A DNA stretch of 63,711 nt, filler included, from Chiloscyllium plagiosum (Eukaryota): assembly GCF_004010195.1 (NCBI RefSeq). It is 3 parts of one record of this genome, joined end to end, with 100 filler letters (N's around TTAATTAATTAA, not from the genome) between each part and the next. Parts side by side here need not be neighbours in the genome. Positions count along the whole stretch, not along the records: positions 58,542 to 63,711 come from NC_057713.1; 2 more parts are not named here. One strand, written 5' to 3'. The notes under the pieces are model-generated. The model did no database searches, was not told where the DNA came from, and saw only the letters and a list, made by a program, of their open reading frames with translations. Below are positions 63,483 to 63,711 of this stretch, one piece after another (position 1 is the stretch's first letter; every line of letters begins with the position of its first letter). A program made the position numbers and the translations under genes.

Positions 63483-63711
63483 ATATAGAAAATAGACAAT
63501 AGGTGCAGGAGTAGGCCATTCTGCCCTTCAAGCCTGCACGACCATTCAATATGATCATGGCTGATCATCCTTAATCAGTATCCTGTTCCTGCCTTATCTC
63601 CATAACCCTTGATTCTACTATCCTTGAGAGCTCTATCCAACTCTTTCTTAAATGAATCCAGAGACTGGGCCTTCACTGCCTTCTGGCATTCCACACAGCC
63701 ACCACTCTCTG
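63483..63711 (-). mobile_element. CR1 LINE 3' end, running off the window
   Basis: CATATAGAAAATAGACAATAGGTGCAGGAGTAGGCCATTC...; homologous to 47705-47930. Confidence 0.85.

Overview
Eukaryotic, repeat-dominated non-coding DNA (intron or intergenic), most likely from a shark or other cartilaginous fish, judging by HE1-type V-SINEs, SacSINE/Deu-type SINEs and CR1 LINEs. I recognise no intact host protein-coding gene. Nearly all supplied ORFs are transposon remnants, mirror ORFs inside palindromes, or N-run artefacts. Content: decayed CR1 and L2/CR1-group LINEs, tRNA-derived SINEs, a Ty3/gypsy RT-RNaseH relic, PIF/Harbinger relics, a TA-flanked Tc1/pogo-type element and three assembly gaps. The most notable signal is a dense set of Penelope-like element (PLE) derivatives from three distinct sequence families. 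Each carries a minimal type I hammerhead ribozyme (CUGANGA...GAAA). Seven copies are bounded by 10-15 bp target-site duplications, and six of those are hairpins with a 27-39 nt one-sided tail. Hammerheads in PLEs are known in general. The covariation, hairpin geometry and nesting reported here were read from this sequence. Coordinates for old, decayed repeats are approximate.
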